Position numbers and translations under genes: made by a program
Origin: Vicugna vicugna
Lineage: Eukaryota
NCBI GenBank assembly: GCA_013265495.1
Contig: MU058844.1
Span: 4,097,895 to 4,161,894, forward strand
Reading direction: 5' to 3'
DNA: 64,000 bases
In this document: positions 38,581-51,190 of the stretch, in pieces
Position numbering within the stretch: the first letter of the stretch is position 1
How the letters are laid out: each line of letters opens with the position of its first letter
The notes under the pieces: model-generated
What the model was told of the DNA's origin: nothing
Seen by the model: only the letters and a program-made list of their open reading frames with translations
Database searches by the model: none

Positions 38581-40049
38581 CATTAAACAAATGATAAGCT
38601 TATCAATAGTGATAACTCCTTTCTTAAGAAAGTGGCTTCAATTGCAGGGTCTCCATGGTCGGAATGAAAGGTCAAGCTGAAGCAATTTATCCAAATACCT
38701 CAGGCTTCAAATGCATTTTCGTACCGAATAATTTAAGTGTTTTCTTTCCTTTCCTGAACAAAAAACTGAAAAAGAGCTAAATGTGTATAATTACAACTGC
38801 AAGATAGTTTACCTAGAAAGTTCTATCATGTGCCCAAGGTCATAGAGCTAATCCATGGTGGAGCTGGCGTAGGATTCAGGTGATCTGGAACCAGAGCCTG
38901 CCTTCCTAAATTCTATGCTCTACCTGCAACTGGCGGGGGACAGAGTGTGAGTCCTCGCAAATTGGTGAGTGATCGCCTCCTTTTCCCTATCTGAGAGGAG
39001 AAGTCATTTTCTTTCTTCATCAACAGAAATATAGCCACTTGTCAAGGAAGAAAGGAAAGAGTGTGACTTTTATGTCAAAAGCACACAGGTTTTACCTCTG
39101 GCTCTTAACTCTAGCTGGCCCAGGGATCTTTGGCAGGTTATTTAACTTTGTTTAACCTCCCCTTAAGCCTCCCTCTTCTGTAAATGGAATAATAATACCT
39201 CGCAGCTTTCCTCTCACCACCTCCCTCTTTTGTTTCCTCCCTCTCTTGCCTTTTTAAGTAGAAATACTTTGTTGTATGCCTGCTTTGTGACTGTCACTCA
39301 AGGAATTGTACTATTATAAGAAAGTACTTTTCAGACTTAACACATTTCCCTGCTATACTATTAAGCCTATGTTTGTTCAAGTGTTTGACTCATTGGCCTC
39401 ATGTAGACTCTCAAAGGAGCTTGAGCTTTGGAGTTAGAATGAGGCTTAAGTCCTGACTCTATTATTCACCTGTGGACCATGTGCATGTTACTTTCTTTCT
39501 CTGGGCCTCAATGGGGTAATAAGGGTAAGAGTATATAGTCAGAAGAATACAAAGATTAGATGAGATAATATATTTGAATTGGCTCACCCAATTAGTGGTA
39601 TCTCTGATCTTTGGGGGCTGGATTAACAAAGAGTTCGGTATGGATCAGACTGTCTACTCTGTCTCTTTGCTCCGTTTGTGTGATGGCCTTAATGATTTAA
39701 ACCTGTTGTTATTGAAAAGCAGAGACAGATTATGAGTGATTATGGGACATGGGATTGTGTAACTGTGAACTAAGATGAGTGAGGGTCTGGATCGCCGTCA
39801 GCATCCCCCTTTGTAACCAAGGATGCTGACACATCTTGGCTGTCTCACTGGTTGTTGTGTGAGACACGGAGATAATCAAAAGAGCAGTGCTCCTCAGACT
39901 GTTCTGTTCCATTCAGAGGCCTGGGGTCCTACTATTATTGTAAGTCTTGATGATGAAAAATTCAAACTGCCTAGTAAACACATGAAAACTGAGTTTATGA
40001 AGTGTCTTCCAAGAGGAGCCTCACACTACTTTATATAGTATGCATTAAT

Positions 40050-40250
40050 AGCTTTGGAGATGCATAGATCTGGAGTCATCTCTTCAAACTGGATGACTTA
40101 GAGTCACTTAGTTCTTCTAACGTTCTGATTTTCTCATTTGTAAAATGATGTCTATTATTGTGTCTGTAAGTCCTCAGGTGGTTTTGAGGATTAAATGAGC
40201 CAATACATGAGAAGAGTAGTCCATGCCAGAAAACCTAGGTAAATACTAAC
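40050..40250 (+). mobile_element. MIR SINE
   Basis: TTTCTCATTTGTAAAATG...GGTTTTGAGGATTAAATGAG. Confidence 0.6.
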
Positions 40251-41139
40251 TGCTGTCAGCAAATTCATTTTGCTTTCAAAGCTTTTTTTTTCTCTTTTTC
40301 TTTTCTGCATGTGATGAATTTAATAAGGGTATAGGATCAACCATTTAGAAATGTTTGCATTATGAATTCAGGTTTTATTTTCCAGTGGACGACTGTGTTA
40401 GGGGTTTGAGGGCTTGACTGTCCAGGTTAATCTTCAAGTAAGTTTTGTATCAATCAAGGCAGACGCAAGTTACTTTTATCAGTTCTTTACTTCAGGTAAA
40501 CAAGCATTCCATTCTTGGACAGAACATTAAACTGTTATGTTCCTTTTGATGGAGTGCTGACTTGTTCAAAGTGCTTGTGAAAGACAGAAAACAGCTCCTG
40601 TTTTCTGACATTGTGTAATCTAAAGGCTGTTTCTAGAGGTTTCCTGACTGGATCTGTGACTATCGCTACCTCTACAATTATCAACCCAGACATGTGTGAA
40701 GTAACTTTGGGCTCAGTTCAGAGTAGGCTCTAACATGAAAACTGGAACCAAGACCGTGAGGCCAAGAAGCAAAATCTCTTTTAAATGTTAGGGGGAAAAA
40801 AAGGTCTAAGTTCTTTCTTTTAAGGTCCAAAGGAGAATGGGACAGACTCATTGATATATGTTATCTTTATAAGCTGCTTGAGAGGAGAGCTGGATGACAA
40901 AGGGGCTTAAGTTTTGCATCTTTCTCTGAAAATGTGTGTTCTGGCACCTAAGGGGGCAGTGCAGGAGAGTCAGAACAAGAACTTGCTGACCTCATAGGAG
41001 ATCCACTTCCTAAATTCAGCTGTGTGGTGTTGGCATGGGGTTAGTCCCTCCAAGGGCATCCGTTTCATTATCCAACAAAACAAATGGTGAATTCTGTAAT
41101 TTGAAAGATTCTCTCTAATGCGCACAATCTAGATTATGA

Positions 41140-41640
41140 ACAGAAGTCTGACCATGTAACCACCCTGGTTAAAATGCTCCACTAACTTTGCATTACCTGC
41201 CGGATAAACTCCAAACCCTCAACACGGTGTACAAGGTTCTCTGTGATTTAGCTATTGCTTATCTCCCTTGCTCCCTGAGTGGTAAACTTCACCTATCGAC
41301 ACACAGTGGGACAGTGGCATACTCCACACTGTACTTCGTCTTGAAGGCCCTGACGTCTCTTCTTCCTCTAGTTGGTCTAGCTGAGATGGTTTCTCCTCTC
41401 AGAAGCCCTCCCTGAAGTCTCTCTGCCCTTCTTCCCTGTCTCCACTACCCCTGTGTTTGGTGATCTTACCCTGTGCTTCTCTAGCATTAAAAAAAAAATC
41501 ATATATTGAAAACATTAATAAAATCATCTCCTTACTTACCTATCTATCTGGCTAAGTTGCCTCATGCTAGTATCGCCAGCTAGTGGCAAAGCACCAAAAT
41601 CTTAGTTAAGATTTCTGGAAACAATGAGTTAATGAATCAC
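41140..41640 (+). mobile_element. L2 3' fragment
   Basis: TCTGACCATGTAACCACCCTGGTTAAAATGCTCC...GATAAACTCCAAACCCTCAACACGGTGTACAAGG. Confidence 0.6.
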
Positions 41641-42049
41641 ATCAGATGTATGTTTGACTGAATCGTTGACTATTAGCATTCTACGCACGGATCTGAGTAT
41701 TTATCAATTTTACCTTCAGTTGACACACGGTTGGCACCAAGGATGATTTGGAAGGCAGGCGGAATTTAAAACATTATGCATTGATGTCAATAGGAAATAC
41801 ATATAAGGGTACATTGAACACTGCACCCCTGACACAAAAATACATTGCTCAGACAGAATTCTGTTTGGAAACAGAAATGGGACACTTAGGGTTGTAGAAG
41901 AAAGTGGAGACCATGGATTAAAAACAGAGGAGATTGGAACAAGTTGCTTACCATCTTTAAGGAGATAAGGTTGAACAGCAGGTGCCAGATGGTGCTAGCT
42001 AATTCAAGTTTATTAGAGGGTTTAAGAGCCAGAAGGATTTTAGGACATG

Positions 42050-42260
42050 ATACTGATGATGATGATGATGATGAAGAAAATGCTGATTCTGATCTCATTC
42101 CATGTGTCAGGTCCTGAGCTAAGTATGGTACATGCTTTGATCCCCTCTTTTGATTCTCTGCATCTGTGAGGGTGGCCATGTGATTCTTCCATTTACAGAA
42201 GAGGAATGTGGGCTCAGGGAAGTTGAGCACATGCTGCTCAGCATCTTACAACTAGTTAGT
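42050..42260 (-). mobile_element. MIR SINE preceded by (GAT)n
   Basis: CCATTTACAGAAGAGGAATGTGGGCTCAGGGAAGTTGAG. Confidence 0.6.
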
Positions 42261-44016
42261 CTTAAACCCGTTCTGTTTGCTTGGTATTAGTATTGACAAC
42301 ATCTCATTTTTCTGTCTAGATGTTTTTCTTGATACATAATAATTAGTAAGACTGTTATAAATATAGTAAGTGGATTCTTTCTCCCAGCTTACCCACTTTC
42401 AAGAAGCTTTCTTTCATATTTTCTTTCTACAGTTTGTGCTGGGTAATGGTTAACCACAATAGACAAGAATAGGATGTTGTGTAGTTTGAGATACTGATGT
42501 GTATCATCTCTATCAAGAAAGTGATGAAAGAAATGGACAGTATGGGAATTTTAGATGGCTCAATTGGAATGATACTTAGATTGAAGACATGTGGTTAAGG
42601 AATTTAGCAAAAACGATGTTTCAGTACTCAAGATCAAAGATGTACTTAAGTGTAGAGGAAGAAAGTTGGAGATGAATTTAACAAGAGATGATGTTTTCCA
42701 ATTTATCGTGATTAGAGGCCACCATCTTAGTGACTCAAGGTTATAATATAACTTCCTTACAATACAGTGCTCTAAAGTAACATTTTATAGATCTTGTGTA
42801 CTTTAAAAAATTCACAGAACTATTTTAATGCCAAATTTGCAAAGTTCTGAAGTTTTTTTAAGTTATGCAACCTGATAGCATGGCCTATTTTACTTTTTTT
42901 TTTTAAATCAGGCAAACTGCTTGGTTTGGGTGTAGAACTGAAAGGTTGACATTTCTAGAGCTCATACAACTTTTTAAGTTTTAAATAATCATTATATTAC
43001 AAAGAGTCAAATCTACCTCCTGTCTCAATTTATAAACAAGCACTCCAAAGTACCATACAGGAGAAGAGGCGATAACATACGAAAATGTGCAAAATGGCTT
43101 GTGCAGATTTGGCACTTGAATCACACGGCAGCTGAAGCACATCTTTTAAACTTCATTTAACTGGATACATGGCCCTGTCTTCATTTCCTGAGGAAGGACG
43201 TCCCCATCATCTCCCGTGTAGCAAGAGAATCTCTTTGCTCTCCAAGCGGTCTCCCTGTTTACATTTGTTGCTCTGTCCTCTTGATTCCTCAGCAAAGCAG
43301 CTGCTTTGGAAAGAGCCCAGTGGACAATCTTTCAATGGATGCTCACTCACCTTCTTTCTTGACCCAAGGAGAAAGTTTTTCTTTTTCTTTCTTTCTCTCC
43401 TAGAATTATTTGGATTAAGGACTTGAGGGTTTAAAGTAAATTTTCTATATTCTCTTGTGTTTTCAAGCCAGGATGCTTAGTTGATGATCTTCTCAAGTGG
43501 TCTTTGAGGAAGAACTTCAGATCACAAAATAGTTCACATTTACTTTGAAGATTGTTCACTCAGAACCTTTATAAAAATAGTTATGATAAAAAGTGTGATG
43601 CCTCTCCTCACCTCCTGACACATGTACAAAATCTTTTTTATTTCTGTTGTACATGTTCCTTTCTCTGTTGAATCTGGAGTCTCTTCCCACAGAGTGATGC
43701 TATGGAGAAAGCTAAGCGCAACTCCATGGCTATCATGGTGAAAAATCGGAATAAAAGCGCTTGCTACTCAGTCATGCTTATTAGCATGAAAATGCAATAA
43801 TGAAGCCTATATTGGGGAGGGAGTGTTATTTGAGTCGCTTGTCACGAGTAGTCTGGCATGCAACTTCTGTTTCTTGCAAACAAGTCTGGTGAGAGGGAAG
43901 CAGCAATACTGTGCCTCTGTTACTCTGAAGAAAAGGTAACTGATTTTATTCCTTAGTCAAACTAGGAATAGGTCTGGACAACATTTAAAAAAAATAATAA
44001 TTCAGTTCTGTGAGTC

Positions 44017-44040
44017 TTTTTTTTTTTTTTTTTTTTTTTT
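44017..44040. repeat. Poly(T)24 tract
   Basis: Read directly. Confidence 0.9.
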
Positions 44041-45269
44041 CTTTAAGATAGGAGTCAACCAGGGCTTTGGGAAGAGATAAGATTAGCATTTAAAAGCTTA
44101 ACCTATGTTATCACTTCTGAGCGTGACTGCTCCCAAGTGCAATCATATTCCCTGCGTGCGTTTCCAGTGCCGAATCACCATGAATAATTTTTTAATGAAT
44201 CACTGGCTGCTTTAGAAATTTTGATGGATTGCAGCTCATTGGGGAGACAAGGAGAAATTTATAGTTGCATATTATACTGAATTCTAAATGAAGCACAAAA
44301 TTGTAGGCCTCTTAGAGATTTCAGACTTACTGAAAGTATCTGAATTCCAGGCCTGTGGTTTTTTTGTTTAGTTTTTGTTTGTTTGTTTGATTTCAATATG
44401 CCCCTGTTGGGTCAATAAAGGAGAGTAACTGCACATTATACTCATCTAATTCCTTTAGAAAGGGAGTCTGGGGATTTTACAGGCAGGTCAGCACTTTGGG
44501 TTATTATCACTTAGCCACATCTGCCAGGAAAGACACTTTCCACTGGTTGTTCATTAAAAATAGTTTATTTAGCATTTACTACAAGCAGAGCACTGTGCTA
44601 GAGGCTATGGATACAGTAGTGAGCAAAACAGTTACATTGTCCCTGCTCTTCACAGGGTTTACAGTCTATCCCTCGTTTTATATCTTAATTTTCCATTTTC
44701 AGGGAGCTAGAGAAGTATATAAAGGTGCAAAGAAAATGTTGCAAAGTTGAAACCAAGAAGCATTTCGCTAATATCACATTTTGGAGAATTAAGAGAATGT
44801 CGCAACATTTCTCACCCTTGTCTTCATTAGAATTTAGAAGTTATTGGAACAAAGAGGAGGAAGGCTGATAATGGTTTATGCCCAATGGTTGAGCAGACTC
44901 TTCTGTTTATCCTTCATTCATTCATTTAAAAAATATTTATGAGAGGCTTTTCTGTGTTCAGCACTGCTCTACTCATTCTGGACAAAACAGTGAGGGATGG
45001 AAAGTACCTACCTTATGGTATTCAAGTGCAGGAGAATAAGCAAAACTGGTGGGTAATTCTAGTGTGTGAATATGGATATCATCTGCTAAGGATTTAATCA
45101 TACACTCTTGTGATTTCATCTGTGCTTCGTTTCATATAATAAACCAGAGTGTATTTTCTATTCAGATGATTGAGAGATTGCGATTACCATAGTCTGTACT
45201 ACAGAAAAGAGAATTTGATGGTAGGAGCATTTCTGTGGGTACTTTTAGTAGCAGTTAGCAATGCACACA

Positions 45270-46160
45270 GTCCACAGATGTGAAGGAGCACCTACCATGA
45301 ATGAGGTGCAGTTCAAGGTGCTAGAGGTAATATGACGAACAAGAATAATATAATCCTTGTCGTCACCCCATTTACTCTCTTGTCAGAAGAAACGGGGTAA
45401 AAGAGTAAACTAATTGGTTGATCAAGACAGTTTTTCATAATGGCTGATGAAAAGTGCTTCTGGGGAAATAAAACTGTGATCCAAGAGTGCTGAAGCTACT
45501 GAAGACAGATTACCTGGGACAGTTTCTTTGAGAAGGTGGTGTTTGAACTGAATTCTGAATGATGAGGACTTGCCTTTTTCAGAGCCCAAAAAGGAGAAAG
45601 CTTGCAGCATAAGTAAAAGGGGCTAAAGGCAGGAATAGTTCTAGGCATTTCAGGAATAGAAAGGAGGCTGGTGTGGCTGGAGTATGGTGGGGAGAGAGGG
45701 CGTGTTAAGAATGAGCACGGAGGTCCATGTTGTAGAGCTTGGTCTGGAGTTTGCATCTTACTGTCAATGTAATAGAAGAGCATTCTGAGCTTTTAAGCAG
45801 GTGATGTTTTGCATTCCCAGAAGATCACTATTGTGAGCAGTAAAGGTGAAAGCAAAGAAGGCTATTCAGAGGGTTCTTGCAGTCTTCCAGGCAGGAGTGA
45901 TGGAGCTCAGCACAAGATGAGATAGAGGGAAGTGAATGTTTCAAGATTTATTTTGCTGGTAGAACTAACAGGACTTGACAGAGTGGATGGATATGGAAAT
46001 AGGGAATTGGGAAGAATCAATGCTGGTGCCCAGAGCTGTGGACAGAACTCCCAGGCTTCAGGTTTGGAAATGACATTACTGGGGATGCTTGTTGTAGGTG
46101 TGCTTGAGAAGACAGCAGTGATGATAACTGTACTGGACAATGGTGAGCTGGTTGTCAGGT
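45270..46160 (-). mobile_element. L2 LINE fragment, followed by a minus-strand MIR at about 46190-46360
   Basis: GAGCACCTACCATG...TTTGAACTGAATTCTGAATGATGAGGA...GGAGGCTGGTGTGGCTGGAG...GGTAGAACTAACAGGACTTG. Confidence 0.7.
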
Positions 46161-46740
46161 ATGATACCAACTGCATATATAATTTTGTTTAGTCCTCAAC
46201 AAGCCCTGTGAAGTAAATTCTGTTACTATGCCCAAGTTATAGAGGTGAGGAAACTAAAGCACAGAAAGATGAAATAACTTTCCAAAGGCCATAAAGCTAG
46301 TCAGTGGCAGAGTAGAGATTAAAACTAGGGCAGCCTGTTGCTAGAATCACTGCTTCTCAGCTCCCTCCTCAACCCCCTATACTGTTCTCTGTGCATGAGT
46401 AAACACACTGTTTTCTCAAGCTGTCTTAGATTTATTACTGAAGCTAAAGCCAGCTTTTGAAACTCTGCTATTCAGGTTAACATTCACCCATTGCCCAAAC
46501 AGCTAAGCCTCCTTTTTGCACCAGGTAGAGTTGAGTCTGCCTGCCTTGGGAGAGCTGATCCTGAATCCAAGCCCAGGGGTCAGTTTCACAGTCTCTTTTT
46601 TTTTTTATCACTTTGCTGTGCTGATCTTTAATCTATGGGAGAGGCAGAACATAAATGGGATTGTGATATCTGCTGTTGGTATAGCTCTTAATACTAAAGC
46701 CAACATTAAAAAGTTACTACTAATGATGAAATGATAACTC

Positions 46741-47214
46741 CAGGCATACCTCATTTTATTGAGCTTCACCTTATTGTGCTTCTCAGATACTGCTTTTTTT
46801 TTTTTAAACAAATTGAAGGTTTGTGGCAACCCTGCCTCGAACAAGTCTATCGGCGTCATCTGTCCAATAGCATTTTCTTACTTCGAGTCCCTGTGTCACA
46901 AATTTCCACAATGCTCCATACTTTCTCACTATTACTTGTTATGGTGGTCTGTGATCATTGATCTTTGATGTGATTGCTACAACTTGTTGAAGGCTCGGAT
47001 GACAGTCAACATTTTTTACCAATATTTTCTGATTAAGGTATGTACATTGTTTTAGAATAATGCTACTGCACACTTAATAGATTATGGTATAGTGTAAACA
47101 TAACTTTTATATGCACTGGGAAACCAAAAAATTAGTGTGAATTGTTTGTTTTATTGCAGTATTCACTTTGAGGTGGTCTAGAACTGAACCTGCCATGTCT
47201 CTGAGGTATGCTGG
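46741..47214 (+). mobile_element. Internally deleted Tigger1 derivative (TcMar-Tigger MITE)
   Basis: Terminal inverted repeats CAGGCATACCTC ... GAGGTATGCTGG then TA; Tigger1 blocks AAATTGAAGGTTTGTGGCAACCCTGC and AACTTTTATATGCACTGGGAAACCAAAAAA. Confidence 0.88.
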
Positions 47215-47249
47215 TATAGTGTTAACAGTCATACCATAATCTAGTATGT

Positions 47250-47730
47250 GCCACTATTTACAGTAGCCAAGACATGAAAACAACTTAAATGCCCATCAAC
47301 AGATGACTGGATAAAGAAGCTGTGGTATATTTATACAATGGAATACTACTTAGCCATAAAAAAGAATAAAATAATGCCATTTTCAGTAACATGGATGGAC
47401 CTGGAGATTGTCGTTCTAAGTTAAGTAAGCTAGAAAGAGAAAGAAAAATACCATATGATATCACTTATATGTGGAATCTTAAAAAAAAAAGACAAATGAA
47501 CTTAAAACAGAAATAGACTCACAGACATAGAAAACAAACTTACTTGCAGATACTAACTACTATACATAAAATAGGCAAACAAGTTTCTACTGTATAGCAC
47601 AGGGAACTGTATTCAATTTCTTATAGTGACCTATAATGAAAAAGAATATGAAAATGAATATATATGTGTGTTTGTATGACTGAAGTATTATGCTGTACAC
47701 CAGAAACTGACACAACATTGTAAACTGGCT
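47250..47730 (+). mobile_element. L1 3' end (end of ORF2 and 3'UTR), artiodactyl/camelid type
   Basis: TTTACAGTAGCCAAGACATG...TATACAATGGAATACTACT...ATGGATGGACCTGGAGA...CTGTACACCAGAAACTGACACAACATTGTAAACT. Confidence 0.88.
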
Positions 47731-48025
47731 CACGCTCTCTCTCTCTCCCTCTCTATATAAAATAATCATGTAGTATGTGACATGTCCTCTTATGGGTGCT
47801 TTATAGAACATTGTTTTATTTATTAACATTTCTTTGGATTTTTGAAAAGATTATCACCATGGGAAAACTGAGGCTCAGAGAGGTTCCATAATTTGTTCAA
47901 GGTTATAGCATGTAAGGGACAGAATCAGGATTTGAGTCCACATCTTACTTTGCTAATGTTCTTATTTTATAAGCATTATCACATCTCTTTCATAAACAGC
48001 CTGAACCTGCAATTGAAGTGTATTG

Positions 48026-48155
48026 TTACCAGAAGAACAAGTCCTGGGCATGTCATGGGTAGATGTTTTGCTGGGCTTCAGGTGGTAGAATTACTAGAGG
48101 AGCATGTTTTGGGCATGTCAAAGGTACATGCATTGCTGGGCTTCAGATAGTAGAA
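48026..48155 (+). promoter_or_regulatory. Tandem 2 x 65-bp module, each copy with a p53-family response element
   Basis: GAACAAGTCC-T-GGGCATGTCA (48035-48055) and GAGCATGTTT-T-GGGCATGTCA (48100-48120) each match 19 of 20 positions of two RRRCWWGYYY half-sites; the copies are 52/65 identical. Confidence 0.75.
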
Positions 48156-48324
48156 TTGCATTAACATACTTATGGAATTCCAATCAAAAACTGCCTTTAA
48201 AAATTTTTTTAATGATCCTTATTTTACAATTTGAATTTTGAAATACTAGTGGAAAATTCCTAAGGAAAGTTTAGACTAAACTTTATGAGACATAAATGCT
48301 TAGTAACTTGGTTTTTTTCTCTCC

Positions 48325-48800
48325 TAGTATGGCTTAGGGTTTAGCTGCAGACAACAGAATCCGCTCTGGCCAGTTTAAACAGAAAGGGATATACTGAAGT
48401 GTATTCGATGGCTTATAAAACCACTGGAAGGGCTAGAAGAGCAGGTTAAGATTCAGCACACTCCTGTCACCCAGAACCCAGTTAAGTCCAAAGCAGTCTG
48501 CAAAGCAGCTGCAGCCAGTGCTGTCCAGTCAGTAATGCTGTAGAAGGCAGGGTCTCACTGCCCTCACTTATCACCCAGCCAAATGCATGCCTAGCATCCA
48601 TCCATCTAGCTTTTCTTCTCCAGGACCTTATGCTCATCTTTCAGAGTTGTGCCTGATTGATGAAACCTATATCATATCTGCAACTGTAGCTAACTGCAAA
48701 GGAGTCTGAGATGCCCAGATTTTCCTTTCGCAGCCACTGCCGTACAGAAGACTGTGCTAGGAGAGTGTGGGAATGGGAATTAAGAATCAGTTCACAGTAT
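48325..48800 (-). mobile_element. Old MLT1-family LTR
   Basis: GCAGACAACAGAATCCGCTCTGGCCAGTTTAAACAGAAAGGGA...CTAACTGCAAAGGAGTCTGAGA. Confidence 0.6.
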
Positions 48801-48959
48801 CCTCTGCACTCACTACATCTACCTTTTCTTTTTTCAAGTTCTTCTAAATCAGAATACATACTAGATACTTTTTAAAGTATCTAGTATGTATTCAGCCCTT
48901 GAACCAATTGCAACCTTGTACACCTTTTCAGACTTTCCTGTTTGTTGTCCCTAATGATA

Positions 48960-49150
48960 CAGCACCCTCAAGCTAGTACAGCCTAAAATAGTACACCTCA
49001 GGCTTCAGAGAGGACCTAAGAATCTCGTTAAAAGTGGACATTCCAGAGATGCATCTTCAGAAATTTGGATTCCCGTGATGCCCAGGAGTCTGCATTCTAA
49101 ATAACCCTCCCCTCCTGGATGGTTATACTTAGATCTAAACTTAAGAAAGC
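48960..49150. mobile_element. MER5-type hAT-Charlie element
   Basis: GCCCAGGAGTCTGCATTCTAAATAACCCTCCC...AACTTAAGAAAGCA. Confidence 0.5.
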
Positions 49151-50509
49151 AGTCCCCTCATTTCAGTTGGGCCACATTCCATGAAGGTGCAGGGACATTT
49201 CAACAGTTTATTCAGTTCAACCAGAGGCACTTGGTGAGTCCAGCACACATTGCGTAATCAGGAAAGCTCATGCCCTGACCTTTGCAAATCTGGCTTGACA
49301 TCTGCTGTGATGGAGAAAATGATCAAGATTGTGAGTGTCCTTTGAGCTCATTCCTTTGACCCCTGGGTTTTGACATTATTTGGAAGTAGTTAGAGCAGAG
49401 GATGAAGATTTAGTTTATTTGCAGTCCAAGGTGGGGAAAAAACCCCAAAACTTTGCCATAGATTTCCTGAGCTGCTTCCTCAGATTGAGTCTTCTTAAAA
49501 ATTAAAAGGGCCTGTGAGACCAAACTTATCAGAATCCCAGGAGCTGATCTGAGAAGGCATCTGAACACATTTAATTACAGCCACAGGTGACAAAAATAGG
49601 AGAAGTTCTAAGAAATTCAGGCATTCAGTCTGAATTCAGTGCATGGGATCAGATAGCAACTGAAGCCTACATTCATTTTTCCATCTCGGTTGTTCAGAGG
49701 TCAAAAGGTTGTACAGATTTTTTTTTTAATTGCAGAACTTTTGATTTTACATTTGATCACAATTACAGAAGTGAGTCACATAGTTGGAAGAATATAAATT
49801 GTGATTTAGGTTATTGTAGCTGTTTTTGGAAAACTTCAACCCTCAGATTACATGTCATGGTGGTTCAATTTTAAGAGCAGCTAGTTGGCATAATAGTGAA
49901 CAGTGCCATCCCAAAAGAATCAGTGCCTATGGAGTGCTGGATCTGGGTTTGTGGGTTTTGGAACTGTCTTCTTTTCTTTTCATTTCTTTTGGCGGGGGGA
50001 GGTGCTACTTCCTATACTTTGGCCAATGTTGAGGGCTTGATGCTTTTAGCCTTTTTTTTTTTTTTAAGTAAACACATAGCAAAAAGAATTGGCAAAGGAT
50101 ATGTAAATCTGGGTTCAACATTGAATTAGCACCCGCCAGGTGTTTTCTAGACCAGTTTGGTTAGTTATCTATTATATCCTTCATAATATTGATTAGAATT
50201 AGTCACCAACTAGCATCTCTGTAAAATCCAGTGTATTACACTGTTTAGGGGGATCCTCTCCCCCTGCTTTTATATAACTACTGAAGACCTGTATTTAGGA
50301 GTAGCTAATGACCTATATATCACTATTGTTTGTAATGAAACAATCTATACTGTGGGCACAAATGCTTATTCTGTCACATATGTCTCTACTAAAAATAATA
50401 ATAGCAAATCTTGCACACCTAGACCCTAGATTTGAGCCTAACACAGAAATTCTTTGTAGTTATTTTTACATGGGGCAGTCACCCACATCCGCATTCTACT
50501 TCCACATCC

Positions 50510-51190
50510 TCTTGACCTCGTCTGTTTCTCTCCATTCTCGCTGCCATTTGCTAGTTGAGGTCCTCCTCATGTGGCCTCTGAATGACTTCTTTGACCTCCT
50601 GACTGACCTCCTGTGCCCAGCCTTGTTGCCCCCTCCACCCCCATCTATCCTTCATTCCAATGCCTGATAAAACATTCAAAAATAAGTCGGATCTTGACAC
50701 TCCTCTGCTTAAAGTCCTTCAGGAGCAGCCCAGTGCCTTTAAGATAAAATCCAACTCAACTAGCAAAATTGGGCGAACCTCTGCCTGTCTCTGTAGCCTC
50801 TTCTATCGTTGATGACTCATTTTTTTCATTCATGCCATAAACTAGATCTCTGAAAATGCCTCTCTCTCTCACTCCTGTGGGCACCTACTCTTTACTTTCT
50901 CTGTTGGGGGTCTTTGCCCCAGTTCCCCTTGACCTGGCTACCCTCCACTCCCCTTTGAAAAAGATGTCATCTCCTCCCAGAAGCTATCTCTGAGCCCCTT
51001 CTCTACTCTCCCTCCCCAATCTCCAAAGTCAGGTTTCACTGTCCCTCTGGGCCCTTCCTCTCCTGGACACTCCATCACCTGCTGTCTTCACCAAGAGCTT
51101 GGCCTTCCTGAGGCCATGACTGTATCTTTGTATCTTTTCCTTCTGTACTTTATCAGGTACTCCACACAGGTCTATTGCATGGATAAGTAG
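50510..51190 (+). mobile_element. L2 3' fragment
   Basis: CACTCCTCTGCTTAAAGTCCTTCAG...CAGTGCCTTTAAGATAAAATCCAACTC. Confidence 0.6.

Noticed and set aside
40481..40501. Possible recursive splice site TTCTTTACTTCAG|GTAAAC in intron 1
   Set aside because: Short pyrimidine tract with a competing AG just upstream and a suboptimal donor; expected by chance in 34 kb.
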